A DNA stretch of 64,000 nucleotides from sequence record NC_028950.1, one strand, 5' to 3'. Positions 37,301-46,640 of the stretch are shown piece by piece (position 1 is the stretch's first letter; each line of letters begins with the position of its first letter). Both the position numbers and the translations under genes were made by a program. The notes beneath the pieces were generated by a model, which was not told the origin of the DNA, searched no databases, and was given only the letters and a program-made list of their open reading frames with translations.

Positions 37301-38787
37301 GGAATCGTTTTGTACTTTTCAGTGAGGTTCGACAGACGACGATACTCAGCAGCAGTCAGAAGACCAGCTTCAGCGAGAACGCCAATGCGATCCTTCGTCT
37401 TGTGTTCGTAAGGACGCGTGTCATCGACTGCCAGAGGCAAGACTTCGCCCGTGACAGGATTCACGATATCCCGCGACTCTTCACTGCTGTTGAGCTTTTC
37501 GAGCTCTGCGAGATCGGCGTCGATCATCGCATCGATGTCTGCTGTGATTTCGAACCTGGAGGAATCATCATCCTCGTGCTCAGTGAGCTTGGCTGCATTG
37601 CGAAGAAGTTCTTCGCTAGATTTCACCTCGGGCCCTTTTAAGCTCTTGGATGAGACCGTCGAGTCCGCCAGGTCTACGTCTTTTTTTACGGCGATTTCCT
37701 CCTCGTCACCTGCAGACGGCAGAGTTTCATCGTCGTGTTCCGGCTCTTCTTCCGGAGTTTCCTTGCCAAGCAGTGCTTCCGCTTCCTGTTTGGCGATGTC
37801 CTTCGGATTTGCCAGCTTGTCTTGCATGGGCTTGTCGGCGTCGATTGCAGTAACCGAACGTGCAGACATGAGCACCATGTACATGCGCAGAATGTACTTC
37901 TGCAGCTGCTTGTTGTTGTACGAGACGCTGTCGATCTTGCGAACGTCCTTGGCTTGCATCTTGCCAGTCTTGACGTCCTGCTTCACCTGGTCGTGGTACG
38001 CTTCATTGGCGCTCTTCTGCCAGTAGTACAGACGCTCCAGGTTCACCGAAATCCACGAGTTCGCATCTTCGATGATGAAGTTGATGAACCGGTAGTTCTT
38101 CGGCTCGATCCGATCGAACATGTTCGCAGGCTTCTTGCCTTCGTCATCAGGCTCCATCAGGAACTTCCACAACTCCAACAGGAAACGAGCACCGTCGGAA
38201 TGGAAGATCTTCAGCGAGTTCTGATCCATGTTCTTGCTGGCAGTATTCAGGCGACTGATTGCCGGCAGGACTTCAGGAGTCTTGACGATGAGGAACTGAT
38301 TGCGCTGTGAAGCATTCGCCGCAATGTTCATCTCGCTGGTGACCGTATGCATCAGGTCGAACCATGCGTTGTAATCCGCATACAGCGAACGGATGTACTT
38401 GTAGTTGTGATGGACGACGGCGTAGTTCGTGACCACCATCGTCTTCGGATCTTTCGGCATCTTCTCCAGATCCAGCAGCTTGCGGAACCGGCGATTGCGA
38501 ACGAAGTAGCCACGCAGAATCGGATTCGCGTCGAACGTCACCCGACGGGGTTCGTGAGGCGGATCAACGAGCTTGAGCGGCGTGTAGATCAAAATCGGTT
38601 TGGTGATGCCCTTGAACAACGGGTGATCGGAACCAGGACCGACGTCGATCTTACTTTCTGCGACGTAATGCAAGAGAGAGTTCTGAGGAAGCTCCATATC
38701 CTGAAGCGTCGAAACGATCGGGGCAACCAATTGGCCGCCCTTACGAATCATCCTCGCCCTCTCAAAGTTCTGATAAAGAAGGTTCAT
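34336..38787 (-). CDS. Virion RNA polymerase beta subunit, N-terminal part (phiKZ gp178-like)
   Basis: 1483 aa; RpoB-like 'TFTGAGGRS', 'GIISEATKDSGEVGINTYL', 'DDMKRMGFISIQHEH', 'EDASVIS', 'GVGDKI...QLKSII'. Confidence 0.9.
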   Translation of the reverse strand: MNLLYQNFERARMIRKGGQLVAPIVSTLQDMELPQNSLLHYVAESKIDVGPGSDHPLFKGITKPILIYTPLKLVDPPHEPRRVTFDANPILRGYFVRNRRFRKLLDLEKMPKDPKTMVVTNYAVVHHNYKYIRSLYADYNAWFDLMHTVTSEMNIAANASQRNQFLIVKTPEVLPAISRLNTASKNMDQNSLKIFHSDGARFLLELWKFLMEPDDEGKKPANMFDRIEPKNYRFINFIIEDANSWISVNLERLYYWQKSANEAYHDQVKQDVKTGKMQAKDVRKIDSVSYNNKQLQKYILRMYMVLMSARSVTAIDADKPMQDKLANPKDIAKQEAEALLGKETPEEEPEHDDETLPSAGDEEEIAVKKDVDLADSTVSSKSLKGPEVKSSEELLRNAAKLTEHEDDDSSRFEITADIDAMIDADLAELEKLNSSEESRDIVNPVTGEVLPLAVDDTRPYEHKTKDRIGVLAEAGLLTAAEYRRLSNLTEKYKTIPHPFGGKGTLVDAMHIEPHELHVDTKHIAAPNAVVVDGSMLHSSIEVSQQKYIKHTLPKHILRMITHVQSANVMLDHLEVEKTETIQGSNQNFVARIVPVEGAPTTLRFPIPEINEDGTYTANGVKYAMRNQRGDFPIRKVAPNRVAITSYYGKFFIYRSRKAVNDYQQWLINEVMSLGFDNSIDVVTDIKTANVFHMNIKAPRSVSALAHQIKEFTLQNVEKEKFVFHLDLSKIDENFNMEVVGPWIKKGFVPIAISDKRKIIYYEGDSFYLIQGETVKPLGEMEEILGLDMSGMPAEFVEIKLAGKYVPIGMILAWDYGLTELIKRLKIKTRRVPVGTRTQQQPDEVALVFSDETLLFSKNDRLACLLLGGFQEFRRIIRGFSITDFDHPGVYQNVLDTTGGGTRVLREITLARDMFVDPITKDVLLHLKEPTDFMGILVFATELLMDDMHRPELDMSEMRIKGYERIAGAVYQELVRSMRAHNARPGKSRYPVEMKPFAIWQSLAEDPSIVVVKDINPIANLKMREEVTFTGAGGRSKDTMTAATREYGKNDIGIISEATKDSGEVGINTYLAPNPQLTNTLGMPVEPDKKDLAMSSIFSSSVLASPGATRDDMKRMGFISIQHEHGVAVTGQMENILSTGYDRVIPHRASELFAVTAKQKGKVTEVTDHGITVQYEDGTTKGYPLGRQYGENAGMTIPHTLVTNLKAGTKFIEGDAITFNKGFFKPDTLNPRQVVWCNGTYAHFALCEPADVIEDASVISQELADMLMTEQTKQRTIIVSFKQAIARLIKVGEAVKYDDVLCIIQDEITSGLDLYDEADIDSLKALGSQAPKAKYDGVVERIEVFYRGDKEDMSDSIKKIVAASDREIGHRRKSAGKKVVTGEVDEGFKVKGNSIPLDSVAIRIYITGPEPAGVGDKIVLVNQLKSIIGKVIKEPMKAEDGTKILGRFSYTSIARRIVNSPDIVGTTTAILMKGAELVVAAYDS

Positions 38788-38798
38788 GAAAAGTCCTG

Positions 38799-40415
38799 TT
38801 AACGGGTCAGGTTGAAGCAGACGAGTTTCGCCGTATCAACCACCGCAGAAGCGATGAGTCGACCCTTCGGATCAACATAGGCAATTTTCTTTTTGAAGAG
38901 ATCGTTGACCTCTTTAACGCCCTCATCAGTGTAGAGTGCGTTGGCCGAAGACGTGTCGCCGTCGAAGTCTGCATTGAGCAGTGCGAGGCGAATCATGTTC
39001 GGACAGATGGTGTTGATGAAGGCTTCGCCACGAATCGGGAAAGACATCACGTAATCGTCTTCGTGACGTTCCCAATTGTCGTCCAACACCCAACGCTTTT
39101 CGCTGTTGGTGGTCGTTTTGATATACCCGATAGACGGATAGATCGAGCCCAGAGATGCGACGGGGTAACGCGTCACAAACAATGGGAGGGTACTCAATTT
39201 TTTTACAACAGACAGATAGATCAGTTCTGCGTAAGTCGCAGGGCTGACATTGTTCTTGTCCAGATTGGCAGGAAGTTCGCCGATGTCTTGCAGCAAACGA
39301 ACGGTATTGTCCGGGCCACGATAGACCAGTGCCAGATAGTGGTTACCCACCATGGCAGGCTTGTGTCGCATCTCCACGTTCTGGAAGAGCGAGAAAAGCT
39401 TGTCGATGCCTTCGTCACTGAAGAACTTGTCCCAGTCGTCCGGCTTCAGCTGAACGCTCTCTTGCTTGAACGTATTCTTGTTTACCAGTTTGACAGGCGA
39501 GCCCGGTCCGTTGTGAACTTTCGAGAGGAAGTTGTTCTTGAACTCGAAGATAGCCACTGGACGGCAGGCTCGGATTGCCTGGTAGAGCCCATAGACCGTG
39601 TGGTTCGGTCCGACGTTACCCGGGTCCCCGAGTTCGGTGATGCCTTCATCCAGAGGCGAGATAACATTTCGCGTACCGTCCGCAATGTGTCGTGAAGCCC
39701 ACTTGCCGAGCACCAGTTTCCGTTTGCCGGAGATGAGGTTCTTCAGGCTTTCGTAGATTTCGTTAAACGTCATCTGCAGCTTAAAGCGTGCAGCGTCCGA
39801 TACGTCACGATCCGATGCCTTACCGTCGCCAGGAATGGTGTTTGCCACCATCAGCAGGCGTCGATAGATCTTGTTGATTTCGTCTTCTTCACTACGACCA
39901 TCGTCGCCCATTTGCAGGTCACGCATGGCAGCAGGAATCACCATGACCTTATCGGTCAGGGCAACGTGCTTGTAGTTGACGATGAGCTTCTGAGCTTCCA
40001 TCTTCTCAGGAGACTTGGTCGGCTGCAGCTTGATGTCTTTCCAGTGCTGCATGAAGAACCGGAAACCAGTTTTCCCGTTGATGGGATCGCTGGGCATGAA
40101 GTCGCCTTCCTTATCGTCCCAAACGGCATAACCCTTACCGGACACGATGTCCATGTAGAGATGCTTGTTACCGACCAGCGCATTGAAGATGGCCGGGTGG
40201 AACACTTGCGTTTTGACGTTGATGTAGCTGAACTTTTCGGTCCGCATTTCCTCGCCGACTTTACCGAAGATCAGCGCAGAAAACAAACCATCGGGGTGGA
40301 AGTTGATCCCGGAGTTGTCGAAGATATCCAGTGCCGATACGGGCCGGAGGTTCTTCAGACGTTCATCCTTTGGATCAAGAATCTTGATATTAAAAGGTAC
40401 ATTGATAGGCTTCAC
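38799..40415 (-). CDS. Virion RNA polymerase beta-prime catalytic subunit (phiKZ gp180-like)
   Basis: Catalytic 'NADFDGD'; 'FHPDGLFSALIFG'; 'LISGKRKLV'; 'TRYPV'. Confidence 0.93.
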   Translation of the reverse strand: MKPINVPFNIKILDPKDERLKNLRPVSALDIFDNSGINFHPDGLFSALIFGKVGEEMRTEKFSYINVKTQVFHPAIFNALVGNKHLYMDIVSGKGYAVWDDKEGDFMPSDPINGKTGFRFFMQHWKDIKLQPTKSPEKMEAQKLIVNYKHVALTDKVMVIPAAMRDLQMGDDGRSEEDEINKIYRRLLMVANTIPGDGKASDRDVSDAARFKLQMTFNEIYESLKNLISGKRKLVLGKWASRHIADGTRNVISPLDEGITELGDPGNVGPNHTVYGLYQAIRACRPVAIFEFKNNFLSKVHNGPGSPVKLVNKNTFKQESVQLKPDDWDKFFSDEGIDKLFSLFQNVEMRHKPAMVGNHYLALVYRGPDNTVRLLQDIGELPANLDKNNVSPATYAELIYLSVVKKLSTLPLFVTRYPVASLGSIYPSIGYIKTTTNSEKRWVLDDNWERHEDDYVMSFPIRGEAFINTICPNMIRLALLNADFDGDTSSANALYTDEGVKEVNDLFKKKIAYVDPKGRLIASAVVDTAKLVCFNLTR

Positions 40416-40443
40416 ACTGAATCCTTAACGGAGTAATCGAGGT

Positions 40444-43400
40444 ATGGCGTCTAAAAAGAAACGCGGTGGGCGCGATGATTTCGATTTCGATAGCGACTTG
40501 GACTTTGACATTCCTGACTTCGGGGGCGATAACCCCGAAGCCACGAGTAAGAGTCGTAAACCGATTGCTACTGGCCTTAAGTCAGCAGCGGCAGGGTTCG
40601 GCAAGACGTTCGCCAATGAGGCACGTCTTCGCAAAACTCTGACGAAATCACTGCCCAAAGAGTACGAAGAACCGATCTCGAAAGCATTCGAGATCAAAGA
40701 TGGGTTTCGGGATCTATACAATACCAGTTCGTCCCAAGCCAGCGAAATCGTTCGTGAGACCAAACGTTCAGTCGGGCGGATCACGAGAAACCTGGAGTCT
40801 GCACTTCCCAAAAAGCTGGCTGAAAAGCTCAAAGCGTGGGGCGACTCTGCTGATTCGGATACCGTAGGTAACCTGTCGAAAAGCGAAGTAGAGCAAGGCA
40901 CGATCGATTCGGCCTTCGCATCCATCTTTGCCCAGACTCAGCAGGCTCAGGCTGATAACGAAAAGAAGCGTGACGCACGTCAGGTCATTCAGGACCAGAT
41001 CGATCAGAAGCGTCACAAGGACATGACCTCCATCCTGGGGTCGGTTGACAACTCGCTTTTGCAGTTGGCGACATTCCAGGATAAGGTTCAGACCAACTAC
41101 ATGAAGAAGTCGTTGGAGCTTCAGTTCCGTTCGTACTTTGTACAGAACGACATGCTGGCGCTTCAGACGAAGTTCTTCGATGAGTTCAAGAAAGACCTTC
41201 AGGCGATCACGAAGAACACTGGCCTTCCTGATTATGTCAAGAAGGCGCCGAAAGAAGCTCTCATGGAGCTCATGCGGCAAAAGACTTTCGATTCGCTTTC
41301 GAACACCATTTCCAAAAAGCGTAATCAGTGGCTCTCTGGCGTTTTCAAGAAAGCGCAAGGCAAGATCACTGAGAAGATGAGCGGTATCAAAGACGGTCTG
41401 GGAATGATCCTCGATGCTGCTGAATCCGGTTCCAGTATGTATGGTTCCGGCTTCGGTCCGTCAGGCGAAGAGCTTGCTGGCGATCTCGTTGGCGGTTTCG
41501 CAGGGAACAAAGCCCAAGACTACCTGGCCAAGAAGATTCGTGCCCACATGGTCAAGAATCCGAAAGCGGTTAAGTTCGGAAACAAAGCCAATCAGGTTAT
41601 GTCGAACCTGCCGCAATGGATGGGCAACCAGCTGGAAAACGGCAAATACGCTGACAAGATTCCCGAATGGCTGAAGGAAATCCTCAGGCCCGATACGGAG
41701 TCTTCTGGCGTCAGCTTGAGTCGTGAAGTCGATCTCGACCGTGCAGCACGTTGGTCGGATAAGAACTCGCGTTCTCTGAATGTCGTCATTCCGGAACTCC
41801 TCTCGAAGATCCATCATGAGCTTTATGTCACCCGCACGGGAGACGTAGGCGCTAAGCCTTTGGCGTACGATTACGAAAAAGGCAAATTCGTTTCATCGAA
41901 AGAACGTCAGGATCAGTTGTCTAAAACGATTGTTTCTGATCGGGCAAAAGATGCGACGAAGCATCAGGTCGACAACATCTTCAAAGAGATCGACCCGAAT
42001 AACGAGATTCATCCGAAGGCACGTGCTGCCATTGCGAAACAGATCTACGGCGCTAACAAGCGCAACGTATATTTCAATCGCGATAACATCCTTTCTCACG
42101 AAGTACTCGGCGATCACGACGATGCTCGTAGGAAGATCGAGGAATATCTCGAAGGCGATGAGACGGGTCACAAAGAACGTCGCCTGACCAACATGTTTGG
42201 TCGTGTTGGTGCGGATAACGGTGAAGTCAAAGACGTTATCCAGGATCTCATTAACCAGGGTCGTCATGGCGAACTGGCTGACATGGGTATCCTTGATCTG
42301 AAAACTGGCCGCATCAACATGGAAAAGGTTCGCGAGATGGAACTGAGCCATGTTGGTAAGACAGTGAAGTCTGCGAACGGAAACATCTTCTCCGACGGCA
42401 ACGTGCAAATGTTTGCCAAGGGTGGAGCGTTCACCAACAAGATCGTCCGTAAGCCTACTGCCTTCCCGATGAAGGGTGGGAAGACCGGCATCATGGGCGA
42501 AGCGGGTCCTGAAGCGATCATGCCTTTGTCTCGTGACAAAGATGGTCGTCTGGGCGTTAAAGTCCAGAAGGGTAAGACCGAACAAACTGTTGAAGAGATC
42601 CTTGGCATCCTCCAGCGCTTTGAAGCGAAAGGCTTCGGCGGCGGTGTGATGGATCCTGAAATGCTCGAAGCGTATATGTCGGGCAAGATGGGGGATGTCG
42701 CTGGCTACTTCGGTAAAGGCGGCGCTGCCCTCAAGAAGCTCGGTCTCGGCGCAGCTGGCTCCATTTGGGGCGGCATGAAAAATTCCTACCGTCGCGGCCG
42801 GATCATGGCTCGCAAAACCGGTAAAATGGTTTTCGGTGGTGGTTCTTCTGCGCTTGACTGGCTCGGCAAACAGAAGGACAAGTTCGATCTGTATATCGGC
42901 AATGAAGTCGAGCCTCGTCTGTCGAAGATGAAGCTTGAAGCCGGTAGATACGTCGATGCGAAGACCGGTAAGGTCATCGAGAAGTACGAAGATATCAAAG
43001 GCGACATCAAAGATCTTGATACGGATGAGATCGTTCTCAGGGCCACTGAGATCAAGGACGGTATTCTCAAAAACTTCGAGACTGGTAAGTCGGTGTTGTT
43101 GCGGCTGACCAGCTGGGGTAAATCCGCCATCAAGGAAGCATACGAAAAAACGAAAAAGACTATCGCTAGTGCGATGGGTCTGACCAAGTCTGTCTACGGC
43201 ATGGCTTGGACCGGCTTGAAGAAAGCATACGAAATGTACACGGATGGGCCACAAGACGTGTACCTGAAGGACCAGTACGAAACACCGGTTCTTCTCAAGC
43301 GCATCATGGCGCAAGGATTGTATTTCGATAAGGCAACTCTCGATCCGATCTCGAAGGTGAGTCAGATCAAGGGCCCTGTTGTCGATAACGAAGAAAATGT

Positions 43401-46400
43401 CCTTATCACCAAGGAAGACTTGGCCAATGGCCTGTACGACAAGGAAGGTAAGGAGATCAAGACCGGCTTTGATAAGATTGCCTCGTTTGTGGGCAACTCG
43501 ATCAAGGGCGCGATTGGTGCGTATAAGAAGCTGTTGGGTAAGGGTAAGGACATGGGGATGCGAGCGATGGCTTGGCTCAAGAATCTCTTTGGCTTTGATT
43601 CGCCCTTCACCGTCTTCAGCAGCCGGACGAATGACATTCTGACGGCAATGTATGCCATGCTCAATGACCGCTTGCCTGGCGAGCGTTCACCTGACCTGGA
43701 TTCCATGATTGGCAAGGCATCCTCTAGCGGTACTGCCGTTAAGGATACTGCCAAGAAGGCTGGTAAAGCCGCGGGAGCTTTCAAAGAAGGCTTCATGAAG
43801 CGCTGGAATAAAGGCAAAGATCAGGCACAAGGCAAGTACGATGAACTCAAGGAGCGGTTGCCTGGAGACATCGAAAACGCCAAACAGAAAGCTCGTGATC
43901 TTCATGGTCAAGCTTCTGACAAAGTCAACGAATGGAAGGACGAGCATTGGGATAAGGCAGAGCAGCAAGTTCGCGAAAAGCTTGGTCGAGGGAAGGACCG
44001 GGTTGTCGATGGACTGCATGCTGTTGTTGACACTCTGCGTGCCCGTTTGCCCGAACAGAAAGCCAAGGTAGAAGGCGACACGAATGGCGATGGTGTTCGC
44101 GATGGTTCCATCGATGATATCCGTGCTAAGCGTGCCAAAGCCAAGGAAGAAAAAGAGAAAGAAAAGAAGGAAGCCGAACAGTCTGCTGAAAAGGGCAGTA
44201 CCAAAGGCGCCTGGGCGGCATTGTCCGCATTCTTCAAAAACAAAAAAGGCGAAGACGAAGAGAAGGGTGATCACTCTCTCCTCGAAGACGCCGAGGATCT
44301 CGTAGGCGGCGGTGGCGGTAAGGCTGAGAAAGCCGGCAAGGGACTGAAGAAGGCTAGCCGTTGGGAGAAGATGATGCCCAAGGGCAAGGGTCTTGGTTCC
44401 AGGTTGTTGCGCGGTGGTATGAAGTTTGCCGGCGGCGCAGCAAAGCTCGGCCTGAAGTTTGGAGGTGCCTTGCTGGGCGGCGGTTTGCTTAGCGCGGAAA
44501 CGCTGCTGGGCGGATTGTCGCTCGTGGGTTCCGCTCTGGGCATGACTGCTACGGCAATCGGTGCCATCATCTCATCGCCTGTTACCGTTCCGTTGCTGGT
44601 AGCTGCTGGTGTCGGTGCCGCAGGGTACTTCGCCTACAAGTGGCTCACCAAACCGGATCCTCAACCAATCGAAAAAGTACGACTCGTGCAGTATGGCTTT
44701 AAGGCCAACGATCTCGAAGCGTACAAGAAGATGAAGAGCTTGGAGCAGCAGCTGGCTCCTGCAGTCGTCTTCAAGGGTGAGAAAGCAGAATTCGATCCCA
44801 AGAAAGTTGATCTGAAGCAGGCGATGAAGCTTTACGGTTTGAACCCGGAAAGTAAAGACGATGCGGAGAAATTCGTTTCGTGGTTCGCTGATCGCTTCCG
44901 TCCGATCTACCTGCAGCACAGGGCATTGATCGTGACATCGAAGTCTCCGAAGCCTCTGGAAGACGTTGACGATAACAAGCCTGATTTCAAGCAGTCCTAT
45001 TTGGATCAGTGTTTGTTCCCGGGTGGTCATTACAACGTCACGACGAATCCCTTCAAAGGCCGCGACTATCTGCCTACCGCTCAGTACTCGGTGGAACAGC
45101 AGATCAAAGCCTCGAAGGAAGAAGTCGAGAAAGAAGGCTCCAAGAAAGAAGATCCCAAGAAAGCCGATGCTGCAAAGCCAGCTGGAGGTGTAGCTGCTGC
45201 CGCTCTCGCTAAAAACGAAGCGGATAAGAAAGCACACGAAGCTGATCAAAAGAAAAATGATTCGACCTTGACTCCTGCCCAGAAAGATCCGAGGCATGAT
45301 TCAGACAAGGTCATGGCGCAAAATCGCCTGGCTGCTGCAACTGTTGGTGCTAACGAGGGCCCCGGAGGCCCCGGCCGTCAACCTGGAGATCCGATTACTG
45401 GACCTTCTGGCTCTGACGGATCTGCTAAACCGGCAAAGTCCAAACCTGGCGTTAAGCCGATGAGCGGTGCCGCAGCACTGGTGAAAGAAACGCTTCTGAA
45501 AGACATGCCGAAGTACGGGATTACTTCCCCGAACCAGCAAGCTGCCCTCTTGGGCAATATCGAACACGAATCCGGGTTCATGCCGATCTCGGAGAATTTG
45601 AATTACAAGCCCAGCACGCTCATGAAGCTGTGGCCTAACCGTTTCCCTGATTCGGGTAAGGCCCAGCAAGTTGCATCGCAAGGTCCTCAAGGCATTGCGA
45701 ACAACATCTATGGCGGGCGGATGGGCAACACGGATGCCAACGATGGTTGGGATTATCGTGGTCGCGGTCCTCTCCAGATTACCGGTAAGAGTAACTACGC
45801 GGCTGTCGGTAAGGCGATGGGTAAAGACATCGTCAATGATCCGGACAAACTTATCACCGATCCTCAGACTGCAGCTGACTCTGCTCTGGCCTACTGGAAA
45901 CTCAACCCTGCGCTCGGTAAGAATGCAGACGCTGGGAACTTCCAGAAAGTTCGACAGATGATCAACGGTGGCGGGATCGGAGCAGATGACGCAAATGCAC
46001 GTGTGCAGAGTTATCTTGACAAGATCAAAAATGGCGAGCTTCAGGCAGGTAGTTCTTCTGGAGCAGGCGGCACGATCACTCCTACGGGAACGGTTGATTC
46101 GCCCAAGCCTTCCACGGCTAACGTGGCGTCGAATCCGAATTCGGGTCCGGCTCCCGATGCTTATAAACAAGCGTCCAAGGCTGAACCGACTGCGACGACT
46201 CCGTCTCAATTGGTTAGCTCTCCGCGTCCGTCGTATGACCCGAGCTCTGGTGGTGGTGCTGCCATGGGTTCGAGTTCTGCGCCTTCGCAAAACGCTTACG
46301 TACAACGCAATACCCAGCTGAATGCTGGCGATTCCATGGACATCATGAAGCAAGGTCTCAAGGAATCGCAAACACAGACTGGGCTTCTCCAACGCATCGC

Positions 46401-46563
46401 AGATGGTATCGACAAACTCAACTCCAGGTTCGATAAGAACATGGGTGGTGGGGATACGCCGACGCCTGCTGCTGGTAGCGACGAGAAGAGCAACTACGGC
46501 AAGTCTGCCGCTCCGATGACGGCGCCGTCTATCGGATTCCGCCGACAACTTGCTGCTGTCTAA
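40444..46563 (+). CDS. Tape-measure/cell-puncturing tail protein with a C-terminal GH19 muramidase domain (phiKZ gp181-like)
   Basis: 2039 aa, helical and Lys/Ala/Gly-rich. GH19 motifs 'AALLGNIEHESG...ENLNY', 'YRGRGPLQITGKSNY', 'INGG'. Follows the vRNAP genes as in phiKZ-like genomes. Confidence 0.88.
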   Translation: MASKKKRGGRDDFDFDSDLDFDIPDFGGDNPEATSKSRKPIATGLKSAAAGFGKTFANEARLRKTLTKSLPKEYEEPISKAFEIKDGFRDLYNTSSSQASEIVRETKRSVGRITRNLESALPKKLAEKLKAWGDSADSDTVGNLSKSEVEQGTIDSAFASIFAQTQQAQADNEKKRDARQVIQDQIDQKRHKDMTSILGSVDNSLLQLATFQDKVQTNYMKKSLELQFRSYFVQNDMLALQTKFFDEFKKDLQAITKNTGLPDYVKKAPKEALMELMRQKTFDSLSNTISKKRNQWLSGVFKKAQGKITEKMSGIKDGLGMILDAAESGSSMYGSGFGPSGEELAGDLVGGFAGNKAQDYLAKKIRAHMVKNPKAVKFGNKANQVMSNLPQWMGNQLENGKYADKIPEWLKEILRPDTESSGVSLSREVDLDRAARWSDKNSRSLNVVIPELLSKIHHELYVTRTGDVGAKPLAYDYEKGKFVSSKERQDQLSKTIVSDRAKDATKHQVDNIFKEIDPNNEIHPKARAAIAKQIYGANKRNVYFNRDNILSHEVLGDHDDARRKIEEYLEGDETGHKERRLTNMFGRVGADNGEVKDVIQDLINQGRHGELADMGILDLKTGRINMEKVREMELSHVGKTVKSANGNIFSDGNVQMFAKGGAFTNKIVRKPTAFPMKGGKTGIMGEAGPEAIMPLSRDKDGRLGVKVQKGKTEQTVEEILGILQRFEAKGFGGGVMDPEMLEAYMSGKMGDVAGYFGKGGAALKKLGLGAAGSIWGGMKNSYRRGRIMARKTGKMVFGGGSSALDWLGKQKDKFDLYIGNEVEPRLSKMKLEAGRYVDAKTGKVIEKYEDIKGDIKDLDTDEIVLRATEIKDGILKNFETGKSVLLRLTSWGKSAIKEAYEKTKKTIASAMGLTKSVYGMAWTGLKKAYEMYTDGPQDVYLKDQYETPVLLKRIMAQGLYFDKATLDPISKVSQIKGPVVDNEENVLITKEDLANGLYDKEGKEIKTGFDKIASFVGNSIKGAIGAYKKLLGKGKDMGMRAMAWLKNLFGFDSPFTVFSSRTNDILTAMYAMLNDRLPGERSPDLDSMIGKASSSGTAVKDTAKKAGKAAGAFKEGFMKRWNKGKDQAQGKYDELKERLPGDIENAKQKARDLHGQASDKVNEWKDEHWDKAEQQVREKLGRGKDRVVDGLHAVVDTLRARLPEQKAKVEGDTNGDGVRDGSIDDIRAKRAKAKEEKEKEKKEAEQSAEKGSTKGAWAALSAFFKNKKGEDEEKGDHSLLEDAEDLVGGGGGKAEKAGKGLKKASRWEKMMPKGKGLGSRLLRGGMKFAGGAAKLGLKFGGALLGGGLLSAETLLGGLSLVGSALGMTATAIGAIISSPVTVPLLVAAGVGAAGYFAYKWLTKPDPQPIEKVRLVQYGFKANDLEAYKKMKSLEQQLAPAVVFKGEKAEFDPKKVDLKQAMKLYGLNPESKDDAEKFVSWFADRFRPIYLQHRALIVTSKSPKPLEDVDDNKPDFKQSYLDQCLFPGGHYNVTTNPFKGRDYLPTAQYSVEQQIKASKEEVEKEGSKKEDPKKADAAKPAGGVAAAALAKNEADKKAHEADQKKNDSTLTPAQKDPRHDSDKVMAQNRLAAATVGANEGPGGPGRQPGDPITGPSGSDGSAKPAKSKPGVKPMSGAAALVKETLLKDMPKYGITSPNQQAALLGNIEHESGFMPISENLNYKPSTLMKLWPNRFPDSGKAQQVASQGPQGIANNIYGGRMGNTDANDGWDYRGRGPLQITGKSNYAAVGKAMGKDIVNDPDKLITDPQTAADSALAYWKLNPALGKNADAGNFQKVRQMINGGGIGADDANARVQSYLDKIKNGELQAGSSSGAGGTITPTGTVDSPKPSTANVASNPNSGPAPDAYKQASKAEPTATTPSQLVSSPRPSYDPSSGGGAAMGSSSAPSQNAYVQRNTQLNAGDSMDIMKQGLKESQTQTGLLQRIADGIDKLNSRFDKNMGGGDTPTPAAGSDEKSNYGKSAAPMTAPSIGFRRQLAAV

Positions 46564-46570
46564 ACGAAAG

Positions 46571-46604
46571 AATACACAGAGGGCCGACGGGCCCTCTGTG
46601 TATT
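46571..46604 (+). terminator. Perfect 15-bp hairpin after the tail protein gene
   Basis: aatacacagagggcc-gacg-ggccctctgtgtatt; TATG at 46608-46611. Confidence 0.7.
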
Positions 46605-46640
46605 TAATATGATTCAGTATAATTTCTAACAGGAGTAGCG

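Noticed and set aside
34153-37641. 1162-aa plus-strand ORF
   Set aside because: Antisense shadow of the vRNAP beta gene; same codon-bias artefact, no motifs.
16812-40415. Possible inteins or introns in the terminase, RNAP or protease genes
   Set aside because: ORFs are continuous, lengths fit phiKZ-like homologs as I recall them, and no intein splice or LAGLIDADG/HNH motifs were seen.
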